Source: Dicyema japonicum (taxonomy: Eukaryota > Animalia > Dicyemida). Taken from it: DNA of 64,000 nucleotides. Shown here piece after piece: positions 1 through 13,176 of this stretch. Where the stretch lies: NCBI GenBank assembly GCA_011109175.1, contig RDEW01000021.1, positions 445,080 through 509,079 on the forward strand, in the 5' to 3' direction. The position numbers were made by a program, and so were the translations under genes. The notes beneath the pieces are model-generated. The model saw only the letters and a list, made by a program, of their open reading frames with translations, ran no database searches and had not been told where the DNA came from. How positions within the stretch are numbered: position 1 is the first letter of the stretch; every line of letters starts with the position of its first letter.

Positions 1-1704
1 TTAATATATACAGTTCTCTCTCCGATTATTTATTCATGTCTGTTTTTTATGATGTACTACACGAAGACACCTCATGCAAAGGGTGCATAGTATCCAATTC
101 TCGCAAGTGCGGGATTCGATGTTCTGTATGTATTGGTTACTAACACATAGGTTGTGAAAAACTATCCAAGAAAATTTCTCGATCACTTCCCAGAGTGGAA
201 ACAAAAAATTTCGGCCAATTAATATTTTGGAGGATTCCTGGATTGTGAACAGTTTCAGATGAAAGGAACGAGAAATGCCCAGGATTCACTAGCGTAGGTC
301 AATTCCGATTGCCGAAAGACAGTGGAAACCCCATATTTATTAATAACCCAAGACCACGATAAAACCAAACTAATTATCCAGTGATCCCGATGCATTCCAA
401 CAGTGACCTCCCTCGGTGTTGCTTCCTTGTGCCCGCACATAATCGTACAGGAAGAATTTTTGTTTTTTTNTTAATATTTTGGCGGATTCCTGGATTGTGA
501 ACAGTTTCAGATGAAAGGAACGAGAAATGCCCACGATTCACTAGCGTAGGTCAATTCCGATTGCCAAAAGACAGTGGAAACCCCATATTTATTAATAACC
601 CAAGACCACGATAAAACCAAACTAATTATCCAGTGATCCCGATGCATTCCAACAGTGACTTCCCTCGGTGTTGCTTCCTCGTGCCCGCACATAATCGTAG
701 AGGAAGAATTTTTGTTTTTTTTGTTAAAATTTAATGTGATAAACTAAATAAGCTAAAAAATAAAATTATTTAAAAGACATGCGGGTAAAACCAAACAACT
801 AACTCCTTGATACTGACGATTTGCGCCAGAACCCTCACCCAAGGACAGTAATCCACAAAACTTCGTCCGTTTAGCTGAGAACTCAATTGTCTCCCAATGG
901 AAACAATAGTAGGATCCTTTTGAATGCCGGCCAGTTAAAATCGCATCCTCAACAAGGAAATTAACAAATACTTCAAAGAGAAAGACGTTGGATGGCCTAC
1001 TAACTGGGCTATTACTCGACTTCGGCATGCTTTAGCAATTGTTGGGATGTGATTCCCACTTCTATTAGAGTTAGTGTTGTCCTATTTATGACAAAAAATA
1101 GGACATAATTATTGTAATTTTTTTTTTAATTTTATTAGTATTTATTTATTTTTTTTAAATTACACGTTGTAAATTGTTTCCCTGTACTAGCTTGTGTGGA
1201 CACGAGGGAGGAGCACCGGGAAAGAATGAGGATTTTGGCGGAGCGCATCGGGATCACGTGATAGTTAGTTTTGGCTTTACCGTGGTCTTGGGTGTTAAAT
1301 AAATAAATAAATTGTTATCTNTTTAATTTTATTAGTATTTATTTATTTTTTTTTAAATTACACGTTGTAAATTGTTTCCCTGTACTAGCTTGTGTGGACA
1401 CGAAGGAGGAGCACCGGAAAAGAATGAGGATTTTGGCGGAGCGAATCGGGATCACGTGATAGTTAGTTTTGGCTTTACCGTGGTCTTGGGTGTTAAATAA
1501 ATAAATTGTTATCTGTTGTGTATTAGCAGTCTTCATTTAATGACAGGTTTGTATTATTTTTTCAATTATTAAACTATTAGAACTCAGTGGCAAAAATAAG
1601 GAACGAATTTTAAAGAATTTCCTAAAACTCATACATATTTACTAGAACACCTAAAGGAGATTTATTTTGCCAAAAATGCTCTAAGATAGTAAAATCATCT
1701 AAAC

Positions 1705-3497
1705 CAGGGGTTCTCAACCTGGGGTCGATTCGACCCCCAGGGGTCTAAAATCAATCCATATCGATCGTAAGGGGGTCGAAAATGAAATATTTGGGGGTCG
1801 AAAATAAATTTAATATATTTAATCGTTTTCAATTTAAATTAAGTTAGTTTATTTTTAAAGTGGAAAACCTTTGTTCTTTAAAATTTTTAAAATTACCATG
1901 CTTGTTTTTGTTTGTGTATGATTCGTCCTTCTACATTAAAAATTCGTCAATATAAAAATGAATATTTGGCATTTGGATTTATAAAATTTTTTTTAAATAG
2001 ACCATATTGCTTACTGTGTAACAAGTTATCAAATGATGCAATGAAACCGTCCAAATTGTTGGATCATTTAGGAGAAAACATTCGGATAAGTAAGATAAAC
2101 CATTATAGTATTTTGAAGAATTAAAGGATTCTTTTCGTAAACAAAAAACGATTGACAGTTTTTACAAATAGTATTGAAAGAAACAATAGTTGTTGTTATT
2201 TTAAATTATATTTAGGACGACTAATTGCATTCTATAAAATTGCAATGATTATTGTTAACAATGAGAATTCCCATGTTTATGGTGAAAATCTCATCAAACC
2301 ATCTATATCAGTGATTCTATCAGATCTGATGGGTTTAAATCCCGACGAAATTTTAAAATCCGTGACAATTAGCAATGATTCAATTCGCCACAGGATTGAC
2401 GAAATGTCAGATAATGTTGAACATATTTTATGTGAATTTTGCTGAGGCTAAAGAAACATATGTCCGTCTTGTGCTTCACACTGAGGTTATAGTTTCCAAT
2501 TTTATTTTACAGGTACGAAATGCCTTAGAACGATTTTCAATATTGTTTGACACAATCGTAAATTTTCTTACTTCTGAGGGTGACAAAAATTTAGCAGATT
2601 TAATTGTATCGAAAAAGAAAGAAATTGTTTATTTGACTTGGATTTTTGGAAAATTTAATAAAGTTTCATTAGAACTTCAGGGAAAGTATGTGACGTTAAT
2701 AGATTGTAAAAGAATTATTCAAATATTTATCGAAAAAATTAAGTTATATAAATATAACTTGGAAAAAAGAAATTATTATAATATTCCCGAATTCTACTCA
2801 ATTGGTCAAACATTTGATGATGAAGATATTAACAACTTTTTGCAACATTTATTAAGTATAGAAAAAAGATTTGATTCTTCGATTCCAAGATATTCTTGAA
2901 TTAGAAGTTCCATCTTGGATGATAATCCGTTTTTGTCAAAGCCAGAAGAACAAAAAAAATATTCAAGAAGAATTCAATCCAGAATTAAAAATATATTATA
3001 ATGATTTACAATCACCTGTTATTTTTTGGCAAAATATAAAAGTGAAAGAGAGTTATTCAAAATTGTGGACAGAAATAGCACAATTGCTACTTGATTTTTC
3101 GACATCATACTGTGTTGAATGCGGATTTAGCATTCTACATCGAATTGTAAATAAAGAACGAAACAGATTGAAAGTGTCCATTAGAGGAGATATTCGTTTA
3201 AAAATAACACAAATAGAGCCAGATATCGAATCTTTGGTCAAAAAACATCAGTCACAGGGATCCCATTGGTATTTAATTTTTTTTATTGTAGATTTATACT
3301 AAGATACCAACTTAACATTGAGTATATACTTTTTTTGTTTTATTTGATTATTAATAATGAATTCATTTTAGATAATTAACTAATTTTACTTAGAATTGTC
3401 TGTTCTAAATAAAAAAGTTTTAAAAGGTCGATTAAATAATAGGGGGGTCGAAAAAAAGTCAAGGGGTCGACGAGCAAAAAAAGGTTGAGAACCCCTG
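1705..3497 (+). mobile_element. hAT DNA transposon, Buster/Charlie/SPIN type, with decayed transposase
   Basis: 16-bp TIRs CAGGGGTTCTCAACCT (1705-1720) and AGGTTGAGAACCCCTG (3482-3497). 8-bp TSD ATCTAAAC/ATCTAAAT. Frameshifted ORFs carry a BED-finger-like motif (YCLLCNKLSNDAMKPSKLLDHL), GENLIKP and the C-terminal motif STSYCVECGFS...RNRL...DIRLKIT. Confidence 0.93.
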
Positions 3498-3589
3498 ATC
3501 TAAATAATACTACATCAACCAACATCCTAATGAAAAAGAAATGAGACTGAATGCCAAAAAAGTATAGACCACTCAACTTTTCGTTTATT

Positions 3590-4581
3590 ACATAACTGGA
3601 AAATAACATTAAATGTATTGTCTGGACAATTTGTAATCCAGAGACTTTATAAATTGTGAAATCGGCTATAAATTCAACATATTTGAATTCGAATGTTGTA
3701 ATTCAAACAATTAGAGATGTTTTTGATAAATTCTTATTAAAAATTTCAAATTTGATATTATTTATTAGCGATATGGTGAAGGCTGGCAAGATACTGAAAA
3801 AAATAAAATTTTTCATATTACTTGTTTTTTCATGTTTGGTGAGATTAAACTACCTCCAGATGTAATTATCACAAGATGGGGGAGTTTCCTAGAAGGGCAT
3901 TTTATTGTTCCGTAAATCACGTTGCAAAAAAAGGCAGTAAACAATTATGAAGATGATGTGATTATTGTCGCGAATGTGAAGCAATCAATAATGAATGAAA
4001 ATTTATTTCATGAACTCTGAAAATACAAAATATCAATGGCTAGAATCTAATTTGGAAAAATTACGAAACTCATGGTATTCAATCGAAGAAAGTTATGCAG
4101 ATTTTGAAAATATCAGTTCTATTACGGTAAAGGGGGATATCGGGAATTATTTTATTGAAAGGTGGGAGAAGTATGATTTAATGGATGTCGTTAAAATTAC
4201 TAGCAAATCAATATTCCAACCTTCTAAAATGTCCCGCTACTTGCAGTGGAACAATCTTTCTCCTGTTCGAATAAACACATATCTAAAGATATAAATTTCA
4301 ATAAAAATAATATTAAAAAATATTTCATTTTAAATTATAATTTCTCTAACACTTGATTGTTTTTTTTTGATTTCCATATAAATTGTCCTAAAATGATTTC
4401 TTAGATTGGTTATTTTTAAGAATAATTTAAAATCCAGATTAAGTATTTGTGATATTTTGATTACAGTTAAAATTCGAAAAATACAAAATATTTTGAAAAA
4501 TAATAAAATTGTCCTATTTTTTTCTTAAGATGTCCTAATTGTACTATTTTGTTTTTAAAATGTCCTATTATTTCCGCCCTA
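3590..4581 (+). mobile_element. Remnant of CGGBP1/DUF659-like hAT transposon
   Basis: Peptide fragments LFISDMVKAGKILK and PPDVIITRWGS match the 13343-13951 ORF family. It ends in AAWTGTCCTA subterminal repeats and CGCCCTA at about 4575-4581. The left boundary is not defined. Confidence 0.65.
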
Positions 4582-5079
4582 GTTATTCTTCATCTTATTG
4601 AACACAGGTATGCCCGTTTTTTATTTTGTACCTTCGTGTCCATGACCACTCAAATCTCTACAGACTCTTTTCAACGATAGACTGCACGGATTGTGTGTTG
4701 GGTCTCTTAGTTTTCTTAATTCTATATTGACGACACAGGTGCAGCTGTATGCATTTAGCCACCTCAGTATGCCTTCGCAGATAATCGCTACATACGACCA
4801 CACCTTTTGCCAAATGGTCGACACTTATCCTGGTAGAGTTAGAGAAGAATTAATATACATAAAATATATTACATATAATAAAATACATATTTAAATTTCA
4901 AATACTTCAATTATTGATAAGTGAGCAAACAAGTTGTCAATATGAGTTCTGCTGGATGTCAGATCAAGCAGCAAACGGCGAACCTAACTAAACGGAAACA
5001 CACAAATCCCAATGAAAAGCAACAAAATATTCTTACCAAAAAAGCAAAGACAAAATGATAAAATAATTTAAAAGAACAA

Positions 5080-5614
5080 TTAAATTAATAATTCATAAGG
5101 GACTGGAGCCAAAGTTATCACATCCCCTTCCTTGGCATCAACACAAAACCCAGCATGTGGTCCTTTGGGCTAAAAATGAATCATATCCCCAACCTGTTGC
5201 TTAAACGATCTTTCGGGCTTTTCTCCCTTATTTAAAGATCTTCTGTAGCAGTCAGCCTCTCTTACTCGCTTCAAAAAGTCATCACGACACTTTGAAGGGG
5301 ACACGTGTTCAACTCGGACGCAGATTCTCTTAGCAAATATGCGATGTCTGGGAGATTATAACAAAAGATTACTTTACACGCTTATTAACAATGATTCCAA
5401 GTCCCCGTTTGCTAACGTTAAAAACACGGCCAGTTTTTCCGTGAAAAGACTTGTGAGGCATTCCTTTTTGGATGGAACCGACTCCTTTTATGTCTACAAG
5501 GTCCCCGATTTTGTAAACGTGCATGATCTTCGAAAGTGGAAGAGGACCATGCTTTCGGAAATCCCGGGAGAACATGTATCGAGTGCCATGTCTATATCCG
5601 TATGATTTTACCAT
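5080..5614 (-). CDS. RPL21: 60S ribosomal protein L21 (eL21), 3 exons, about 161 aa
   Basis: The protein starts [23 protein letters not shown]...[21 protein letters not shown] introns lie at 5348-5372 (25 nt) and 5170-5193 (24 nt). The spliced frame reads [23 protein letters not shown]...[10 protein letters not shown]. Confidence 0.97.
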
Positions 5615-6440
5615 ATTTCACTAAAAGATTTATTAGAAATGAAACATGCAGACTGACAGAAGTCACTAGAAACACGTGAATATTTTAAATATTAATTTTA
5701 TTTAAAATATTAAATATATTAGAGCGATAGACTTAGGGAAGGAACTTCGGTTCTACCAATTCCTCAGTATTCTCTAATCCGTAGGAATCGAAGGGCGTGT
5801 CTGTGTAGCTACGCCTATACGTGCAAGTATGTTTCGAGGAAGGGAAATCGTACCAAGATGTCGGGATTACGGGATTAGTAAGTTGGGATTACCGTGATCT
5901 TGGACTTTCCAACAGTTACATCTTTATCTCACCATTAAAAATCGAATTTGAAATCGGAGAATACACAGAAACACTTAATATTTGTAACCACGGTCCCATT
6001 ATTAGCAACACTATAGTATCACTTTAAGCATATTTGCTTTTACCAGTTAACCGATAACTAACTTAATAACTATTCAAATACATAAGATTTATTTTTTTTT
6101 AAATTCGTGGGTATAATTAAAAATCAGGTTAGTAATACTTCATTTAAAAAAATACTAGAGGCTCTCGTTGGCTGTTGTCCGTGGGAATAGCTTGTGCATC
6201 TCCCAACAGCTGAATTAAAATTAAAATTAACTATTACTTTTCCTTATAATAATAATGAGTGTGAAATAAAAAAATACTAGGTTTTTAATGATCACGTAGT
6301 CAATTGGTCAACCTAGTGCGTGTTCGTTTGAATCGCTAGCAAGTACTATTTTAGTGCTTTCCCGGTCCAGCTGACTAACGGTCAATTTTATGTTAAAATT
6401 TAGTTAATAATTACAGTTTCCAAAGGCTGCATCCGCTTTC

Positions 6441-6875
6441 GTGCAAATGGAGTGTGGGCAGAACACCCCGCCATGCTGCTATGAACAATATTGTCATTAT
6501 TTATTATTTATTTACCCTAATTGGAAAACTAGCACGTCAAACAAATCTACCCCCGATCTTTTCCCTCCAATGCTTGACCACGCCGCAATCAAAAATAATG
6601 ACTCTGGCTTCATCTGTCTGTGTGACCAAGAAACAAGTCGTTTCTTCCATTCAAGGCTGAAGGCTTCAAATACACGAAATTTGGGGAAAACCCCCACTCC
6701 TCTTCAAACCCTAATGAAAGATGATCGTCGTTTATTCAGGAAAGCCGTGGGTACTCTGGAGGAACACAGGAAAAACCTCTCGATCCTGTTGAGGCGTACC
6801 GGGATCACTTAATTAGTTGGATTACTCCTTCTTTCTTGGTGTTCCCTTTTCGGGGTTATTAAATAATAACAATAT
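6441..6875 (+). mobile_element. 3' end of APE-type LINE ('GIT*' family)
   Basis: The ORF ends LEEHRKNLSILLRRTGIT*, followed by TTAGTT, a short UTR and a TAA-rich tail. The same end structure recurs many times in the window. Confidence 0.7.
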
Positions 6876-7383
6876 TGTAATGCGTGCTTTTGAAGCTGTA
6901 TTACAGCCTTTTTCCTTAACGAAATCGGGGGAAATTGGCCCACCATAAGAAAGTTTGGCTAAGGCAACGAATTGTGATTGCAGTGGTCCACGGAAACACT
7001 TACTCCGTAATGTCAGCAGCCGCACTCCCCCATAGTTAATAAATAATAATTTACATTACAGTTTTACATTTAAAAATTGAGTAAACTTTGTCATTTAATG
7101 TTAGCAAAGATTGATCTTTGATTACGACTTCGAGATATACGATTATTTTATTATTAAAAATTGATTTTAATGCTATAGTTAAATAAATGTCGACAAAATA
7201 ACTTTCCCAATAATCATATCAATTTGAAATTTCAGTTACCTTCAATTTATTTTATTTGATAATTTTAACGTGAACCTAAGTCACCCATTTTGAATCTTTC
7301 TTTAACTATAAAAAATATTCATTAAAATAACTAGAAGCCTGTACCTAAATTGATAGAGACTGGGAAAAAGAATCATTCAAGGT

Positions 7384-8580
7384 CAGTGGTTCCCAACCTG
7401 GGTTTTGGGAAACCCCAGAGTTCCGCGAAATGTATTATAAATTATTTAATATTAGTTTTAAATTTCACAAACACGGGATGAAGGTTTCTGATGAAGAATA
7501 CACCTCTGCTACCTCTCAACTTATGGAACTGACATGCCGTGACGACATCTCACTTGACTCCAACAGATATATTTCGACTGACACTGATATGGAGATGGGG
7601 AATAACAAGGAGTTGATGGCACACTCTTCTTCTAAGAGAAGGAGTAGGATTACCAGCGATCTGGATTAAAATCCGCTTAATTAGATAATTTACTCGTTTA
7701 CTTTTTCAATTTCTTTTTTTCAAAAAAATTAAAATATATTAAGCATGATTCTGTTCAGGGTTAGTTAGTCACTTTATAAGATCTTTAATGATAAAATAAT
7801 AGCATAGGAGATTCCAAAAAATATCCGAAAAGGTTTTTTTATAATTATTATTTTAGAAAAGAAAACATGATGAAAGCTACATCACATACTAGTTTTCTCA
7901 GAACGGATCTGATTTACCGCATACGACAAAATCTCTATCAAGACATTTATTGATGAAGCATCCACATTTAAAGGATCCTATATTGAATTCATCTACAAGG
8001 TCCAAGTTGGAAATGTTCAATTTTGCGAAAGACGACAACTTAAAATCGACCAGAGCATCCTATGAAGTATATAATTATTTTAACTAAACAGGTGAGTTCT
8101 CTTGTAGCACGCTGTGGAGAGGCACATTTAGTTAAAGCACATTCGGGTTTTACTGGTAAACATGTTTTTTGACAATTCTTTCCGTTAGTATTTTCTATCC
8201 TTTTCGTTTTCGTGCTCGTCTCCGATTTCGTCCAGATCGTCTGCATCCATCAGTCGGCTTTCGATCACTGCATAATCCTCCGCAAGTGTCCTGGGAAGAC
8301 AATCTCTTTGACGTCCTCTGAATGTAGAATATTCAGTATGGCGTTAAAGGCACATATAATTGCCGAAAATCTTATAAAGCCTTGTTCAAAAAAGATAATC
8401 CATACAGAAGTAAGATGGTTGTCACGTGGAAGAGTATTGCAATGTTTGTTCGAATTACGAAACGATCTTGTGTTTTGGAAAACTATCTTTGTTCACAGAA
8501 CATCTTTTGATTTGACATCAGAATCAACGTCAAATCAGATATATAAAAATGAATCCCCTTTTTAAGGTTGGAAACGACTG
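7384..8580 (+). mobile_element. Degenerate Buster-type hAT element with a nested RTE fragment
   Basis: TIR CAGTGGTTCCCAACC (7384) and GGTTGGAAACGACTG (8566-8580). TSD TTCAAGGT/GTCTAGGT matches 6/8. Peptide fragments include SRHLLMKHP, ASYEV, AHIIAENLIKP and HTEVRWLSRGRVL. Confidence 0.85.
8040..8330 (-). mobile_element. RTE-clade LINE 3' fragment inserted in the hAT transposase
   Basis: Nucleotide similarity to 29180-29345. It encodes FRGR...LPRTL.ED...ADDLDEI, like the RTE C-terminus at 53943-54170. Confidence 0.7.
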
Positions 8581-8928
8581 GTCTAGGTTTTTATTCGCTG
8601 TGCGGCTGAACTTGTTGAAAAATAAATATCAGTAGAAAGTTTGCTTTTTAGGAAAATTTAAACAGTCCGTTATGGATTTCATGATGTAGCTTATGTAGAA
8701 AGGTGAGTCATATGTATGGGACCCTGATAGAAAAAAGTATCCTGTCCAAGTATCACGTACATTCATACCCGCCATTGTAGGAACCCTTCCGAGAAGGAAA
8801 TACTCTGAGAAAGAAGGTGCAGTGAAATCAATTAGAATAAATAATAATATATGATTTATATAAATAATAAATATTTAAATAATAGACAACTACAAGCGGG
8901 ATTTGTTTATTTTGTAGTGGGATCTGAA

Positions 8929-10039
8929 ATGGAGGTAATGACTGCTTTCTATAAGTGGGCTTCGATTTTAACAAATTATAACATTAAGTCGTACAATAAA
9001 CTGGAGGACTACTTAATATTCAGTACCCTCATTGATATTTGGTATATTCCTCTATAATAACAGGACTGATCGAGTGACTGTAGAGAGGGATGTCCACCAA
9101 CGCAAAGATTATGTCAGGGGCTATCTCACTAGTGATCTGTTCGATTGGTCTCCTAACCAAATTTTATACATCAACGATCTTTTCGATTACGAGAACTATG
9201 CTGCTCTTAATACAGTAGCCGTGAATTCACATGCTAGATTCTAGTGATACTGCTAGTTACACTTCCATTTTCAACTTCTCCATCTATTTTGCTAACACTC
9301 ACTGATAGTGTCTTCCAGGTGAGTTTGGAGGACCAGAATCTGCTGATGAAGTATCTCCCTGACCTATATGAAAACTACAAACCGTCTCTCACAACAATTG
9401 GAGAGTTGTGCGGCCTCCCCTTCATTATTCCTGATGATCAATCCTCCGTCATATCCATCAAGGATCTGATCGCTGGTCTTCGGTCCCATCGTGAGGTTAT
9501 CTCTGTCTTCCTATCACATAGGAGTCGTTAAATCTCCATAGGACCCACCAAGAATTCGAAGATCTTCAGAAGAGGAAGAAGGAACTAGAGGATCTTATCT
9601 CTTCTCAGTCTGCACTCCTCAAATTGAGAAGTTAGTCAGCTTGTTTATTATTATAGAAAAAGAGGGATCTGAGTTATCCAAAAAGTTAGGAGATTTGAGA
9701 GATGTTGACACAAAGCAAAGAGAAGGGGCCATCTCTGAGTTATCAACTCTCCGTAATATGGTGACCGTCCTCGAGATTCAACTAAAGGAGGTGGAGAAGG
9801 CTTACCAAGACTCACAGTGTCGACTAAAATCCGTGAAAATAAAGGAATCCACGTTGCAAAAGAAGGTTAGCCTTCTGACCAGAGAGAACGACTTTGAGAA
9901 TATTCCACCAGGGTGTGGAGAAGGTGAGCTGCCAATAAGGATGATACCAATGCTAGATGATGGATCTAGGAGTGTGGGAGGGATTTCTGATGAGCTGAAT
10001 ATTACACTGGTACCTTTATTTGTAGTAGTAGACGACTGA
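8929..10039 (+). CDS. Multi-exon gene for a coiled-coil protein of unknown identity; ends uncertain
   Basis: Removing GT-AG micro-introns of about 21, 22, 23, 26 and 26 nt joins the ORF fragments into one frame: MEWASILTNY...ILVILLVTL...EFEDLQKRKKELEDLISSQ...LEIQLKEVEKAYQ. The C-terminal half is heptad-rich. Confidence 0.6.
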
Positions 10040-11799
10040 TGATAGTTGGATTTCTTATAATAGATTTAATCAGCTTTATAAAAACTTCAAAAAATGATAT
10101 CCCTTGTTTTTTGTGTTCATATATGATTACGTCATATAATAGATTTTGTTTAGTCATGGATGTTGGGAAATGACTGGAAATTTAGTTGGTTAATGTTTCT
10201 GCCTTTTTAGATGCTGATAAGGGTTGGTAGCTGTTTGATATTGTCAAATGCTTCTCCCCTCGTTTTATTCATTAGTGAAGAATGATTTTTTCGATAAAGG
10301 GGGATCGCGTTACAATTGAAAAAGTTCAGGATATCAAATGTGAGATTTGCACTCCGTTTGAGATCCGAGAGGAAGTTGGTTAGTTGCTGAAAACAGTAAG
10401 GAAAAGTCTATAGGAGACTTTTAATACAAATCGTAGTGACCTGCATTCATTTATCTAGGTAACAGTTGACTAAATCGATTTGGGAGGGTCCCCAGTGAAG
10501 AGTCTAGGTCCTTAAGGGCAAAACCTATTATATTCGAAATGTCCCTTTAACCTAACTGAATTTCCTTACTATAATAAGTGTTTCCTCTCCTGGTCTATGT
10601 CGCCATTAAATTACCGTAAATAATAATTTGTACCGACGAATAAAATTTTATTTATTAATTGTTAAATAAAATAAACAAAAAGGTCATACAACAGCTGCCA
10701 TGACTGCGTGGCTAGTCCCTCTCAGGATGGCGAACGAGATTCCCACAAATAACAGAAGCGCTCACGGGGATCTTCTGATAGTGCAGAAATCCGATTCCCT
10801 AGACGACTCAAGAATTCCAGTGTCGCACGAATAAAATGAGAGGAATTATTAAAATTTGTCCTAAAATCATTTTTGCTAATTGGTCGAAAGTTTCCGTTAT
10901 GTTATTCTTCGGTTTTTCAAAAGCGTAATGGGATCCACATAATTCAGGAAGCGCTCAATTCTTGACAGGCATTCAAAAAGGATCCTCTCTTGTCTCATCA
11001 GTGGAGGGGTTCCCATAATGGAAATGTGATGATTCAAAGGATGCTTTTCTCTCCCATCGTGGGAACCTTAAATATACGTGAATTAACTTTTAACCTCTTT
11101 CCTGTATATCCGTGATTTTTAGATAAATATCTTCTCTGCAAAAACCATTCTTATATTAAAGTACTCAAATTCTGTTGTATTACTCGATAATTGGTCTTTG
11201 TTGAGTAAGCAGTTCTTTATTGAACAAAATATCTCATTTACTTATAATGGGTCAAAACCTTCTATACGGCTGGGTTACTGAAAAGTGTTCACGAGACCTT
11301 CCATTCGTCCTTTTGACTATATTCTCGAGAATGCTAAGGACTTCAATGAAGAGCGAAAACTTCTTGATAGTTTCAACTACTGAAGTCCTTAATTCTCTTT
11401 TGCTCTGCTCCCAGAATGAATAAGATCCACCATTCGAAAGAGTTTACTGCTACGTCCGTTGATATCTGATTCTCCGTCTAATATCTTCTATCACTTTTTT
11501 ATGAACTGGATTCTATAAGGAGGTCTATTTGTGGCAATTACTAAAGTCATATTATTACTACCCTTAGGATCACTGGGTCAAAAAGAAAAAAATAAAAGTT
11601 TTCAACTAAGTAATCCCAGACCGACTTCTCCGTCTAATATCTTCTATCACTTTTTTATGAACTGGATTCTATAAGGAGGTCTATTTGTGGCAATTACTAA
11701 AGTCATATTATTACTACCCTTAGGATCACTGGGTCAAAAAGAAAAAAATAAAAGTTTTCAACTAAGTAATCCCAGACCGACAAGGGAGAGGACGAGTCC

Positions 11800-12400
11800 G
11801 GCAGAGTCGAGAATCCTATACAGCTCTTCTCATCAAACTTTTTACATGTTTGTAGATATTTCGATAGTATATGAAAGGGGGGACAGCTCCAATAAACTTT
11901 ACTGCAGTCTCCTGGATTGCGGATAGTTTCAAGGACGAGGAGCGTGAAATCTGTATTACCCACGAAGGACTTGCATACGTCATTGGGGGTCGGATACATT
12001 GTAGCCTTGAAGGAGAGAATGATGTCGTTGACGTAGATGATTAGACAGTTCTCATTACAGGTTTGTGGAATGTCGTTTATGTAGAGGTTGAAGAGTTGGG
12101 GTGACAATGGGGAGCCCTAATGATGTCGTTGGCGTAGATGATTAGACAGTTCTCATTACAGGTTTGTGGAATGTCGTTTATGTAGAGGTTGAAGAGTTGG
12201 GGTGACAATGGGGAGCCCTGATTGACTCCATTTGGAAAGTAGCGCTATCATGATTTGATTTTGTTGTAGAGTACTTGTGATCGTCTTCCATTTAGGAAGG
12301 TCCCAAGCCAAAGTTTCAAGTTCGGATGGATGTTCGGTCAAGTATCTTCTTTTTAAGGAGTTTCCTGTAGACTGAGTCGAATGAGTCGATTTCCATGGAT
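11800..12400 (-). mobile_element. APE-type LINE reverse transcriptase fragment
   Basis: GSPLSPQLFNLYINDIP...IIY(A/V)NDII matches the RT motifs QGS.LSP.LF and YADD. Confidence 0.8.
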
Positions 12401-13176
12401 ATAAGTACCGTCCTTTCTAATTAATCGATACCCTGACATAGAAATTCCTTATGATACATCTTCATTGGCATAAATATTAATAAGTTTTCTGAAAAATTGA
12501 CTATCTCCCGATTATCAAAGGGGAGATCACTTATCTCGAATGGGCGAAAACTTATATTTCGACAAACTGAGAGAAACAGTCATCAAAACGACTTGTACAG
12601 AGGACTGGATCTGGAAATATTTGTTCAATAAATTAATTTTATAATTAATTACAACTACCATTAATTTATTTATTACCCCCAGGCTTAAAATATTTGGTAA
12701 GCCAGCACAAACAGTCAAACTAATTAATCCAAAAAAGGAACCCAAGAGAGAACATCTGCTTGTGTCCATCTTCCAAATACTCAATTACAGGTTTCCGCAT
12801 CAGAAGAGAGGTGGAGAAGTAGGTCCACCTTCTTCCATTTCATCACACTTACTACCGTCGTGGGTATCACTTTTTTGTTAGGCGCAAGAAGGGAAGAAAT
12901 CTTATGTGAAGGCAGATATACGTTAATTTGGGTAAATGGGTACTAAGTTGTTCGTTCTCTGAGATGCAAAGGCTTCCCGATCAAAAAAAAACTTATTGTT
13001 GGCAAAATTGAAAATAGGCATTCCAATAAAGACTTACTGATAGATAAAGCAACTTGTCTATTTTTGGTCTGGGACGAAATAAATCATAAATACGAAATTG
13101 CTTTGAAAAGGCATTGGAAGTTAAACTTCATGACATTCGAAAACAACATGATAACGAAAACAGCCCAATTAATCAG

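Noticed and set aside
219-720. 252-bp tandem duplication giving twin 61-aa ORFs
   Set aside because: The copies are separated by a single N (470) and differ by a few SNPs. This is typical of unmerged contig overlaps or haplotypes. The ORFs overlap a LINE 3' end in a different frame.
1125-1514. About 195-bp tandem duplication
   Set aside because: It is joined at a single N (1321), so it is the same scaffolding artefact pattern.
5740-5905. U1 snRNA-like submotifs (GATCACG, TTGCAC, UUCG loop) and GGGATTA repeats
   Set aside because: The motifs fall on inconsistent strands and spacings, and there is no ACTTACCTG 5' end or Sm site. GGGATTAC and CGTGATCTTGG match the LINE 3'-end motif and are not telomeric repeats.
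11470-11781. Perfect 156-bp tandem repeat; similar pairs at 12018-12219, 32051-32324, 34628-34873 and about 37176-37468
   Set aside because: These are two-copy near-identical duplications of read or overlap size, in an assembly with many such joins. They are probably gap-closing artefacts and cannot be validated without long reads.
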